This document shows positions 45,882-55,996 of a DNA stretch of 64,000 nt, piece after piece; position 1 is the first letter of the stretch, and each line of letters starts with the position of its first letter. Made by a program: the position numbers and the translations under genes. Source of the DNA: Actinomycetes bacterium (GTDB taxonomy: Bacteria > Actinomycetota > Thermoleophilia > BMS3ABIN01); assembly GCA_021785935.1 (NCBI GenBank), contig JAJYOG010000008.1:999-64998 (forward strand), written 5' to 3'. Under the pieces are notes generated by a model, which was not told the origin of the DNA, searched no databases, and worked only from the letters and a program-made list of their open reading frames with translations.

Positions 45882-47090
45882 ATGAAGCAGATGAGAAAAC
45901 TGCGCGACATCGCCCTCAAGGACCTGCTGGTTGTGGGCAAAGACAGAGGCTCCTGGATCCTGTTGTTGATCACCCCGCTGGCGATCATCATGGTGGCCTC
46001 GTTTGCCCTGGGCCCGGCGTTTAAGGGAGAACTCAAGTCACAGCTTCTGGCCAGCAACCTCGACCAGGGGCAGATTGGCAGGCAGCTTACTGATGCCCTG
46101 GGCGGCAGAGAGGGCCTGCAGATAGTCGAGGCGACGCCGGAGGAGTGCCAGGCTCTCAGTGTCGGCGACAAGAAGTACAAAACCGCCCTGGTCATTCCCG
46201 AAGATTTTTCTTCACGGATTTTAACTGGCAGCGATACCTCCCTGCAGGTCTATGTAGATCCCACGGACAACGTCAACCGGCCCTTTATGGTGGGCATGAT
46301 CGACGGCGCCGCCAGCCGCCTGTCCGGCATGGTCAGCGCCGTGCGGGTCGCGGTCAGCGAAGTGGTCAAATTCGCCCCGGAAACAGAACCGGTTACCGTG
46401 GCCGCGGACGCGGCGCCGGCGGCGGTTCAGCAGATGAGCCAGGATCCGCCGGTGGCTCTGCGGATCGACAGCGCCAGCGGCATGCGGGAGGTCAACATGT
46501 TTGACACACAGGTGCCCGGTTACTCGGTGATGTTTCTGCTCTTCGGTGTAATGCTGGGGGCGGAAATGCTCCTGGGCGAGCGGGACGCGGGCACGCTGGG
46601 GCGGCTCCTGGTAGCGCCGGTTTCCAAATCCGCGATCATGGGCGGCAAGCTGGTAGCCCAGTTCTGCATCGCCATGGCGCAGATGGCGATCCTGTTCGGC
46701 GTCGGCCATTTCGTCTTCGGCATGCACCTGGGCAACTCGATCCCGGGCCTGATCCTGATGATAGCGGTTACAGCCTTCACGGCCACAGCTTTCGGACTGC
46801 TGCTGGCAAGCGTGGTCAAAACGCGGCGGCAGGCGACTTCGCTGGGCACCCTGATCGTCATCCTTATGTCGGCGCTCGGCGGCAGCTGGTGGCCGCTGGA
46901 TATCGTGCCCGGCTTCATGCAGGTCCTGGGGCACATAACCATTACCGCCTGGGCTCTTGATGGCATCAACGCGCTTATCATCAAGGGGAAAAACTTTACG
47001 GATATCCTGCCGGATATGGCGGTGCTGCTGGTTTACGGCTGCATCTGCTTTATCGCCGGGATCAAAATGTTCAAATTCAGGAATGCCTGA
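45882..47090 (+). CDS. ABC-2 type transporter permease
   Basis: N-terminal TM, a large extracytoplasmic loop, and five C-terminal TM segments (ABC2_membrane architecture). Confidence 0.85.
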   Translation: MKQMRKLRDIALKDLLVVGKDRGSWILLLITPLAIIMVASFALGPAFKGELKSQLLASNLDQGQIGRQLTDALGGREGLQIVEATPEECQALSVGDKKYKTALVIPEDFSSRILTGSDTSLQVYVDPTDNVNRPFMVGMIDGAASRLSGMVSAVRVAVSEVVKFAPETEPVTVAADAAPAAVQQMSQDPPVALRIDSASGMREVNMFDTQVPGYSVMFLLFGVMLGAEMLLGERDAGTLGRLLVAPVSKSAIMGGKLVAQFCIAMAQMAILFGVGHFVFGMHLGNSIPGLILMIAVTAFTATAFGLLLASVVKTRRQATSLGTLIVILMSALGGSWWPLDIVPGFMQVLGHITITAWALDGINALIIKGKNFTDILPDMAVLLVYGCICFIAGIKMFKFRNA

Positions 47091-48496
47091 TGAGTAGGCG
47101 GCAGGCAAACCGGGAAATAAAAAATGGCGCATCGCCGCGGCGCCGGGAGAGCCGGAAATATCAATTCGGAGGATCGCCGCGGCGCCAACTGATCGGCATT
47201 CTCACCGGCGTTGCCGCGATCCTGCTCGCGATTATTATCTTTGGCTCTTCCTCAGGGAAGTCCGGCATGGCCGCCGGCGGCGGTGGCGGCGTCCGCGTCA
47301 TACCGGTCGCGGGTGTCATCGACCCCCAGATGGCGGACTATGTGACCCGCGGCATTGACGAAGCCGAACATGACGGCACCGCGACCGTGGTCATCCGCCT
47401 CGACACCCCCGGCGGACTCGACCAGTCGATGCGTGACATCATCAAGAAGATGGCGGGAACGCCGCTGCCTGTGATTGTCTGGACGGCGCCCGCCGGCGCC
47501 AGGGCCGCATCCGCCGGTACCTTCATCACGATGGCGTCGGATGTAGCCGCCATGGCTTCCGGCACCAACCTGGGCGCGGCACACCCGGTGGCTATCGGCG
47601 CTGACCCCTCGACCGAGGAGGGCATCAAGGTCACCAACGATGCCGCGGCTTACATCCGCTCGCTCGCTGAAACCAACGGCCGCAATGCCAACTGGGCAGA
47701 GCTTGCCGTCCGCCAGTCGGTATCGCTCACGGCCGACGAGGCGCTCAGTAGCGAAGTGATTGAGTTCGAAGCCGATTCCCTTGATTCACTGCTCACCCGG
47801 ATAGACGGGTATACGACCAAGGCCAAGAACATCACTCTGAATACCAAAGGCGCGACGGTAAATGAAACCGGCATGAATCTCAAGGAGAGTTTCCTGCACC
47901 TGATCATGAATCCCAATGTCGCCTATCTGCTCTTTATCTACGGATTGATCGCGCTAATATACGAATTCGTCCATCCCGGCATCGGCCTCGGCGGCGTCAG
48001 CGGCACCATCTCCCTGGTGCTTTCCCTCTATGCCCTTTACATGCTGCCAATTAATTTCACCGGCATCGTCCTGATCATTGTTGGCATGGTCATGCTGGCA
48101 ATGGAGCTCTACCTGCCTAGTCATGGTGCGCTCAGCGTCGGCGGCGTCGGCAGCCTCATCCTGGGTTCATTTTTCCTTTTCGATTCATCAGCTCCGTTTT
48201 TGCGGGTATCGTGGCCGGTCAATGTCGCCCTGGCCCTTCTGGCTCTTGCCTTTTTTGTTCTGATTGCGGGGAAAATTATGAAAGCCCGGCGGTTGCCGGT
48301 CCGTTCAGGCCAGCAGGCGATGATCGGAGAGGTTGGCTACACCCGCAGCCAGCTTGATCCACTGGGGCAGATCTTCGTCCACGGTGAGATCTGGAGCGCC
48401 GAAGCCCCCGAGGGGGAAACTATTGAAAAAGGGGTAGAAGTAGAAGTAGTCGATGTACGGGGGCTCATGCTTAAAGTCAGGAAGGCTACCAACTAG
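47090..48496 (+). CDS. NfeD-family membrane-bound ClpP-class serine protease
   Basis: ClpP-like domain (TPGG...SAGTFI), central TM bundle, and C-terminal OB (NfeD) domain (GEIWSAE). Confidence 0.85.
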   Translation: MSRRQANREIKNGASPRRRESRKYQFGGSPRRQLIGILTGVAAILLAIIIFGSSSGKSGMAAGGGGGVRVIPVAGVIDPQMADYVTRGIDEAEHDGTATVVIRLDTPGGLDQSMRDIIKKMAGTPLPVIVWTAPAGARAASAGTFITMASDVAAMASGTNLGAAHPVAIGADPSTEEGIKVTNDAAAYIRSLAETNGRNANWAELAVRQSVSLTADEALSSEVIEFEADSLDSLLTRIDGYTTKAKNITLNTKGATVNETGMNLKESFLHLIMNPNVAYLLFIYGLIALIYEFVHPGIGLGGVSGTISLVLSLYALYMLPINFTGIVLIIVGMVMLAMELYLPSHGALSVGGVGSLILGSFFLFDSSAPFLRVSWPVNVALALLALAFFVLIAGKIMKARRLPVRSGQQAMIGEVGYTRSQLDPLGQIFVHGEIWSAEAPEGETIEKGVEVEVVDVRGLMLKVRKATN

Positions 48497-48510
48497 ATAC
48501 GGAGGTAACG

Positions 48511-49266
48511 ATGGCTGTCGCGTCGATCATTATTGCGATTGTGGCGTTTTTCATCATCCTGGTGCTGCTATCTTCAATCCGCATAGCCCGTGAATACGAA
48601 CGGGGTGTTATCTTCCGCCTGGGACGATTGATCGCCACCAAGGGCCCGGGGCTTTTCCTCTTGATACCATTTGCCGACCGGATGGTCAAAGTAGACCAGC
48701 GCATCGTCACCATGAGCGTGCCGCCACAGGAAGTCATCACCCGTGACAACGTGCCGGCCAAGGTTAACGCCGTCGTCTATTTTCGGGTGATGGAACCGCA
48801 GAAAGCCATCACCGCGGTGGAGGATTTCATCGTCGCCACTTCACAGATCGCGCAGACAACGCTACGAAGCACCCTCGGTCAGTCGGACCTCGACCATCTT
48901 CTGGCCGAGCGCGACAAAATCAACCAGCGGCTACAGCAGATCATCGACGAACAGACAGCCCCCTGGGGCATCAAGGTAGTCACCGTCGAGATCAAGGACG
49001 TGGAGATACCGCAGACGATGCAGCGGGCTATGGCCCGCCAGGCTGAGGCCGAGCGCGAACGGCGCGCCAAGATCATCGCCGCTGAAGGCGAGTTCCAGGC
49101 CTCGGAGAAGCTGGCGCAGGCCGCCGAAGTCATCGCCGCCGAACCGGTTACCCTTCAGTTGCGCTATCTGCAGACCCTTGTTGAAGTTGCCTCGGAGCAT
49201 AACTCGACCACGATCTTCCCGGTGCCGATCGACCTGATCAAGGCGTTCATGGGCAAGGCCGAGTAA
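48511..49266 (+). CDS. SPFH/Band-7 (stomatin/slipin-like) protein
   Basis: Contains [12 protein letters not shown]...ITRDNV....AVVYFRV and a coiled-coil tail [21 protein letters not shown]. Confidence 0.92.
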   Translation: MAVASIIIAIVAFFIILVLLSSIRIAREYERGVIFRLGRLIATKGPGLFLLIPFADRMVKVDQRIVTMSVPPQEVITRDNVPAKVNAVVYFRVMEPQKAITAVEDFIVATSQIAQTTLRSTLGQSDLDHLLAERDKINQRLQQIIDEQTAPWGIKVVTVEIKDVEIPQTMQRAMARQAEAERERRAKIIAAEGEFQASEKLAQAAEVIAAEPVTLQLRYLQTLVEVASEHNSTTIFPVPIDLIKAFMGKAE

Positions 49267-49269
49267 CCG

Positions 49270-50097
49270 TTGAATGGCACAGAAAATTCCGGCGGCGGCT
49301 CCTGGGACCTGCTGCAAGGAAAGCCGGAATTTAGGGCACCGGACGCCGACGCTTCGGACGAGGTGCCCTGGTCCGGCAAGGACGTGTTTGTGATTGTCGG
49401 CCTTGTCGCCCTGACCCTGCTGGCCTTCGCGCTCTTCTTCATCCCCGCCATAATCGCCCTGATTGTGGCTATCAACCCCGGCACAGACAGAACCACACTG
49501 GCCAATTCTGATGTGGTCGTGACCCTGCTGCTGCTTTTGCAGTGGGCGATAATGCTGGGCGTTGCTTTTACCTACCTTAAAAACAAGGGGTACCAAGTCA
49601 ACCCGAGGACTCTGGGTTTCAAGGGAACCAGGCTTTGGCGAGCCGCCGGACTTGTGTTACTTGTCCTGATTGGCAGCAACATCTTCGACATGGTTTACGG
49701 CGCCCTCATCGAAAATCTGTTCGGATCGGACAAACTCCCCTCGCAGGTGCCCACACAGAATGTCACCGACCTCTTCGGAACATCCATCTTCGCCATGATC
49801 CTTACTTTCATCGCCGTTGCCATTGTGACACCCATGGTTGAGGAGCTTTTCTTTCGCGGGATCGTCCATCGGGGGCTGGAGCACCGCTACGGTTTCATTC
49901 CGGGCGCGCTCATGTCATCTTTCATCTTTTCGCTGGCCCATGTCGACTACCGGCTCTTCATCCCCATTTTCGTGCTTGGTTTTGGGCTGGCCTTCCTCGT
50001 CCACAGGACCGGTACCATCTGGAGCTCGATCAGCGTCCACTTTCTGGTGAACAGCGTTGGTGTTATCGCTCAGTTCGTCAGTCCCGGAAACAGCTAG
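49270..50097 (+). CDS. CPBP-family (CAAX) intramembrane glutamic endopeptidase
   Basis: Contains EELFFRG....., FSLAHV and HFLVN motifs. Confidence 0.82.
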   Translation: MNGTENSGGGSWDLLQGKPEFRAPDADASDEVPWSGKDVFVIVGLVALTLLAFALFFIPAIIALIVAINPGTDRTTLANSDVVVTLLLLLQWAIMLGVAFTYLKNKGYQVNPRTLGFKGTRLWRAAGLVLLVLIGSNIFDMVYGALIENLFGSDKLPSQVPTQNVTDLFGTSIFAMILTFIAVAIVTPMVEELFFRGIVHRGLEHRYGFIPGALMSSFIFSLAHVDYRLFIPIFVLGFGLAFLVHRTGTIWSSISVHFLVNSVGVIAQFVSPGNS

Positions 50098-50404
50098 CGG
50101 CAGCTCCGGAGCGGCTGGCTTCGGGGCATTTTCCCGCCCTTGAACCGGGTACTCCCCCGGGTATACGTGAAACTGGACAAAAACCATTATCTACAAAGCC
50201 TTTTCCTCCCGAAAATCCAGTTTGTATTTCTGCCGCCGTTCCAATATAGTTAGCCGCGAAATTTAGAGGTTTTCAGCTTGTATCTTTGGAAGCCTATTCA
50301 CGCCAGCCGAATTGCGTGCGCCCGTAGCAGGAACGGGATATTCAAGGCTTCCTTCTTCGTGTCAAGGGAGCAATTAAGACCCGCGTACCAGACTGGAGCC
50401 TGGC

Positions 50405-50773
50405 TTGACACCTGATTATACATATGGCTACTTGTCTGTGGCTGTCATGAGCCTTCTGGACTTTGTCTTTGTCCTGGGGCTTCTTGGTGTTTCCCGCCTC
50501 CTGCAACGCCGTCACGTCTACCCGGAAAAATTGACCCCGTATGAGTGCGGCATTCCACCGGTCGGTGACAGCCGCACCCCCTTCGCCGTCAAGTACTATA
50601 TTTTTGCCCTCCTCTTCGTCGTCTTTGATATTGAGGCTGTTTTTCTGTATCCCTGGGCGATGGTCTTCCGGACTCTGGGTTCAACCGGTTTCGTGGAGAT
50701 GATGATCTTCTTCGCCGTCCTGCTTCTGGGGCTTGTCTATGCCTGGGGCAAGGGCGCCCTGGAGTGGGTCTGA
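50405..50773 (+). CDS. nuoA: NADH-quinone oxidoreductase subunit A
   Basis: Contains YECG....G......F...YY..A..F..FD.E..FL.PW. Confidence 0.9.
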   Translation: MTPDYTYGYLSVAVMSLLDFVFVLGLLGVSRLLQRRHVYPEKLTPYECGIPPVGDSRTPFAVKYYIFALLFVVFDIEAVFLYPWAMVFRTLGSTGFVEMMIFFAVLLLGLVYAWGKGALEWV

Positions 50774-50774
50774 C

Positions 50775-51326
50775 ATGTCCGTTCTGGAAAAATTCGAGCA
50801 TCCGAACATCCTCACCACGACCACGGACTGGCTTTTTAACTGGGCGCGGTCTAATTCGCTCTGGCCCTTCACCTACGGCCTGGCCTGTTGCGCCATCGAG
50901 ATGATGGCTTCTGGCATGCCCCGCCACGATATCGCCCGTTTCGGCATGGAGGTCTTCCGGGCCTCTCCCCGGCAGGCCGACGTCATGATAGTTTCCGGAA
51001 CCATCACCGACAAGATGGCGCCTATCATCAGGCATCTCTATCACCAGATGTCGGAACCCCGCTGGGTGGTGGCCATGGGAGCCTGCGCCTGCAGCGGCGG
51101 CATGTTCTGGGATTCCTACAATGTGGTCCAGGGGATCGACCTGCTGGTGCCGGCCGACGTCTACATCCCCGGTTGCCCGCCGCGGCCCGAAGCGCTGATA
51201 TATGGCATGCAGCAGCTTCAAAAGAAGGTCCGCCAGGACACGCAGGTCGGCAAAGCCAAACAGCTCGCCGGTGGTCCCTTAAGTGATTATTCCAGGATGA
51301 AACCGGAAAATGGCGGTAAGAGTTGA
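50775..51326 (+). CDS. nuoB: NADH-quinone oxidoreductase subunit B
   Basis: The start is set at MSVLEKFEH. Contains GLACCAIEM....D..RFG...R.SPRQAD...V.GT, CACSGG and GCPPRPE. Confidence 0.92.
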   Translation: MSVLEKFEHPNILTTTTDWLFNWARSNSLWPFTYGLACCAIEMMASGMPRHDIARFGMEVFRASPRQADVMIVSGTITDKMAPIIRHLYHQMSEPRWVVAMGACACSGGMFWDSYNVVQGIDLLVPADVYIPGCPPRPEALIYGMQQLQKKVRQDTQVGKAKQLAGGPLSDYSRMKPENGGKS

Positions 51327-51867
51327 CCGCGGATATGGGGAAGCTTGATGCCACGGTCGCGCTTGCTCTTGCCGGGGAGCTTCTCGGCAAGCTCGCTCGC
51401 GACCTTTCCATTTCCGACTGGCACCTGGTAATCGAGGTCAGGCCTGACGACTTGCCGGAAGCCGCCCTGCGGTTGCGTGACGATGAAAAGCTGTCCTGCA
51501 AATATCTCAGCTGTATCATTGGGGTCGACTACGTCGACTGGATGGAAGCGCTCTACCTGTTGCGATCACAGGACCATTCGGTGCCGATCCGGCTGCGGGT
51601 GCGTCTCGACCGCGAAAAGCCCGAGGTGCCCTCGGTAACATATATATGGAGCGGCGCCAACTGGCATGAGCGCGAAGCGTACGACTTTTTCGGCATCAAG
51701 TTTTTGGGGCATCCCGACCTCAGGCGCATTCTCACGCGCGAGGATTATGACACCCACCCGCTAAAAAAAGACGCCTGGCCCCACCGCGTGCGCCGCACCG
51801 AGTGGGCCTGGGAAGGCGTGGGGAAAGCGCTTCGCCTCCCGGGTGAGCCGGACCGCCAGGAGAGATC

Positions 51868-51871
<4 letters not shown>
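51323..51871 (+). CDS. nuoC: NADH-quinone oxidoreductase subunit C
   Basis: Contains [31 protein letters not shown]. Confidence 0.88.
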
Positions 51872-53000
<1,129 letters not shown>

Positions 53001-53004
<4 letters not shown>

Positions 53005-54140
53005 GCAGCGTCACCGATTTTCTCGTCAACTTCCTGCCGGGCTTCGTCCTCGCCCTAATGGTGATCATCTTGAGCGCGGTTATCTTCCCCTTCGCCGCGA
53101 GGCGTATTCTGGGCTTTATGGGCGACAGGCTCGGCCCCAACCGCGTCGGGCCGCAGGGGCTCCTGCAACCATTCGCCGACTTTCTCAAACTTTTTATCAA
53201 GGAGGACGTCACCCCCTCCCAGGCCCACCGGATGCTGTTTCTGTTGGCTCCAGCCGTGGCGCTCGTAACCCCGATGCTGACACAGGTGGTCATCCCCTTT
53301 GGTGAAGATTACACTATCGCCGACCTGAACATCGGCCTTATATATATAGTGGCGGTCGGCGCCTTCAGTGTCCTGGGAATGCTGATCGCGGGCTGGGCCT
53401 CCAACAATAAATATTCGCTGGTCGGCGGTCTGAGGTCGGCGGCGCAGATGATCTCCTATGAGATACCGCTGATCCTGACAATCGTGCTGGTGGCGATACT
53501 GACCGGCTCCCTCAGCCTCAACAAGGTCGTAATCGCCCAGGATTCGGTGTGGTTCGCGGCCATACAGCCGCTGGCTTTTATCATTTATGTCATCGCCGGT
53601 GTGGCGGAACTCAACCGCACGCCTTTCGATCTGCCGGAAGCGGAATCGGAGCTGGTCAGCGGCTACATCACCGAGTACGGCGGCATGCGTTTTGCCTTCC
53701 TGTACGGCCTGGTTGAGTGGGGCAATGTGACCGTCTGGGCTATGGCCGGATCCACCCTGTTCCTCGGCGGCTGGCGCGGACCGTTTTTCAACAGCTCCAT
53801 CTGGCTGGCGGTCAAGGTCCTGGCTATGGTCCTGGTGATCATCTGGTTCTGGGCAACCTTCCCCCGCCTGCAGATCGACCAGCTGATGGCCTTTGCCTGG
53901 AAGGTGCTCATCCCCTTAAGCCTGCTGAACCTGGCGGCGACGAGCGCGTTTATTTTAATCTGGCCTGACAATTTCCTGCTGCCGACGGCTATCCTGAGCT
54001 GGGCTCTGATAGCCCTCTTTATCCTGTTCTTCCCGCGCATTGTCCGGAGGATCCTGCTTAATACCCGGCTGAAACTGCTGGCAACCAGGAGGATGACGAC
54101 GGTTATCTCCGGAACCGGTAAAGGCGGTATCCGCTCATGA
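53001..54140 (+). CDS. nuoH: NADH-quinone oxidoreductase subunit H
   Basis: Contains R.GPNRVGP.GLLQP.AD..KL..KE, and NR.PFDL.EAESELV.G...EY. Confidence 0.92.
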
Positions 54141-54181
54141 TGTGGCCGGCTGTAATTGCCAGAAGGAAGCAGGGCGCCTAG

Positions 54182-55996
54182 ATGCTGGGCCTCCTAAAAG
54201 GACTGCAGGCGACACTCGGCCACCTTCTCACCAAGAAGGTCACGGTCCAGTACCCGGAAGTCCGCCGTCAGTTGCCGGAACGCTCGCGTGGGCTGCTAAG
54301 GTTGCGCCTGAAAGAAGACGCTGTCGAACCGCGCTGCATCTCCTGTACCTTTTGCGAGCAGGTCTGCCCCTCGGTGGCAATTAAAGTCATCTATGGCAAC
54401 AAGCAGCCGGACAAGGTCTGGAGCCTCGACGCCGGCGCCGGACCCATGCTCTCGTATTTTAATCGCGGCGAAAAACCGCTTGGCCTCGAGCCATGGCCCG
54501 AGAAGGCCGACGCCTTGCCCGCTCCCGACCGCGACGGCTGCCTGGCCAGCTCGTTGCTGGATGCGCGTGGGCTGACACCTATGGTCCTGGCCAAGACAGC
54601 CAGCCGCAACGGAGTCTGGCTGTCGCAGGCATTTGGCGTGGCGACTTTCTATGACCAGCTGCGGCCTGGGGCGCCAGAGGCTCCTCCCGAAGCAGATCTG
54701 CCGGCTGCGTCAACTGTCGTCGGGAGCCCTGCAATTTTTCTGGCAAACCACGACGCCCTGGATCCGGAGGATATTGAAGCCTATGCGGCGGCCGGCGGTT
54801 ACACAGCCGCGACCCGCGCCCTTACTGAGATGAGCCCCACTGAGATTATTGATGAGATTGCCGCCAGCTCCCTGCGTGGACGCGGCGGCGGTGGTTACTC
54901 TACCGGCGATAAGTGGAAATTGGCCGGCGACACTGAAGCGCGGCAGAAATATGTAGTCTGCAACGCCGCCGAGTCTGACCCGGGATCAATCAAAGACCGC
55001 TCCCTGCTCGAAAACAATCCCCACGGTATTATTGAAGGCATGATTGTTGCCGGCTACGCCGTCGGCGCCACCAAAGGGATCATTTACGCAAGTATTCACA
55101 ACCGGCTTGCTCTGGAACGAATCCAGATCGCGGTGGATCAGGCCGCGGAGAAAGGATTTCTCAACGGCGAGATCCCCGGTACGAATTTTTCTTTTTCCAT
55201 CTCGGTGCTGGCCGTGCCGGAAGCATTCATAGGTGGCGAGGAAACGTCCGCCCTGAGCGCCCTTTCCGGCGGCAGGCCGATGCCCCGGGTGCGCCCGCCC
55301 TATCCGGCCGAAAAAGGGCTGCGTGGCATGCCTACCATCGTTGAGAATGTGGAAACGCTGGCGGCGGTTCCGTGGATCATCGCTAACGGCGCGGGCGCCT
55401 GGAATCAGATTGGAGCCCCACACGCTCCGGGCACCAGACTTTTTACATTGACCGGCGCCGTAGCCAATCCGGGCATTTACGAAGCCACCCTGGATATCAC
55501 CCTGAAGAAGCTGGTCGACGCGGCCGGCGGTTTCACGGGAGAAGCCAAGGCGGCGTTGGCGGGTTCAGCCGGAGGCGGCTTCCTCTCTCCCGGCCTCTTT
55601 GATATTCCGCTTGATTATGAATCCATCGCCGAAACCGGCGGTGACATCAGCTCCGGTGTCATCCACGTACTGGGCAGTGACGAGTGCGTCGTTAATGTCA
55701 TGCGCGAGCGCCTGCGTTTCTCCGCTTCCCAGTCCTGCGGCAAGTGCGTACCCTGCCGGCTCGGCACCTGGCGCCTGCTCGACATCGTCGACAGAATCTG
55801 CGCCGGCGAGGGATCCGAAGACGATCTGACGCTGGCGACTACCCTGGCTGAGGATATCGCCGACGGGGCTCTTTGCGGCCTGGGGCGCGGTTCGGTCAAG
55901 CCGTTTTTGACCGGTCTTAAATTTTTCAATCAGGAATTCCTGGACCATTTGAGCGGCGACAAGAGCTGCTCCGCGAATAAATGCGTGACCGGATGA
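54182..55996 (+). CDS. Fusion: NuoI N-terminal half (one 4Fe-4S motif) + Cys-less NuoE remnant + complete NuoF-like NADH/FMN/N3 module
   Basis: Residues 1-70 (LLKGLQATLGHLLTKKVTVQYPE...RCISCTFCEQVCPSVAI) match NuoI/Nqo9. VATFYDQL is a NuoE-like remnant. NuoF features are GRGGGGYSTGDKW, VVCNAAESDPGSIKDR, SCGKCVPCRLG and ALCGLG. Confidence 0.8.
   Translation: MLGLLKGLQATLGHLLTKKVTVQYPEVRRQLPERSRGLLRLRLKEDAVEPRCISCTFCEQVCPSVAIKVIYGNKQPDKVWSLDAGAGPMLSYFNRGEKPLGLEPWPEKADALPAPDRDGCLASSLLDARGLTPMVLAKTASRNGVWLSQAFGVATFYDQLRPGAPEAPPEADLPAASTVVGSPAIFLANHDALDPEDIEAYAAAGGYTAATRALTEMSPTEIIDEIAASSLRGRGGGGYSTGDKWKLAGDTEARQKYVVCNAAESDPGSIKDRSLLENNPHGIIEGMIVAGYAVGATKGIIYASIHNRLALERIQIAVDQAAEKGFLNGEIPGTNFSFSISVLAVPEAFIGGEETSALSALSGGRPMPRVRPPYPAEKGLRGMPTIVENVETLAAVPWIIANGAGAWNQIGAPHAPGTRLFTLTGAVANPGIYEATLDITLKKLVDAAGGFTGEAKAALAGSAGGGFLSPGLFDIPLDYESIAETGGDISSGVIHVLGSDECVVNVMRERLRFSASQSCGKCVPCRLGTWRLLDIVDRICAGEGSEDDLTLATTLAEDIADGALCGLGRGSVKPFLTGLKFFNQEFLDHLSGDKSCSANKCVTG

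Noticed and set aside
55981-55996. The 16-nt overlap of ORFs 54182 and 55981 as a frameshift or sequencing error splitting one giant gene.
   Set aside because: An ATGA stop/start overlap (ATG 55993, TGA 55994-55996) like many other junctions in this window gives a natural two-gene reading. No slippery heptamer is evident. This remains worth confirming with reads.
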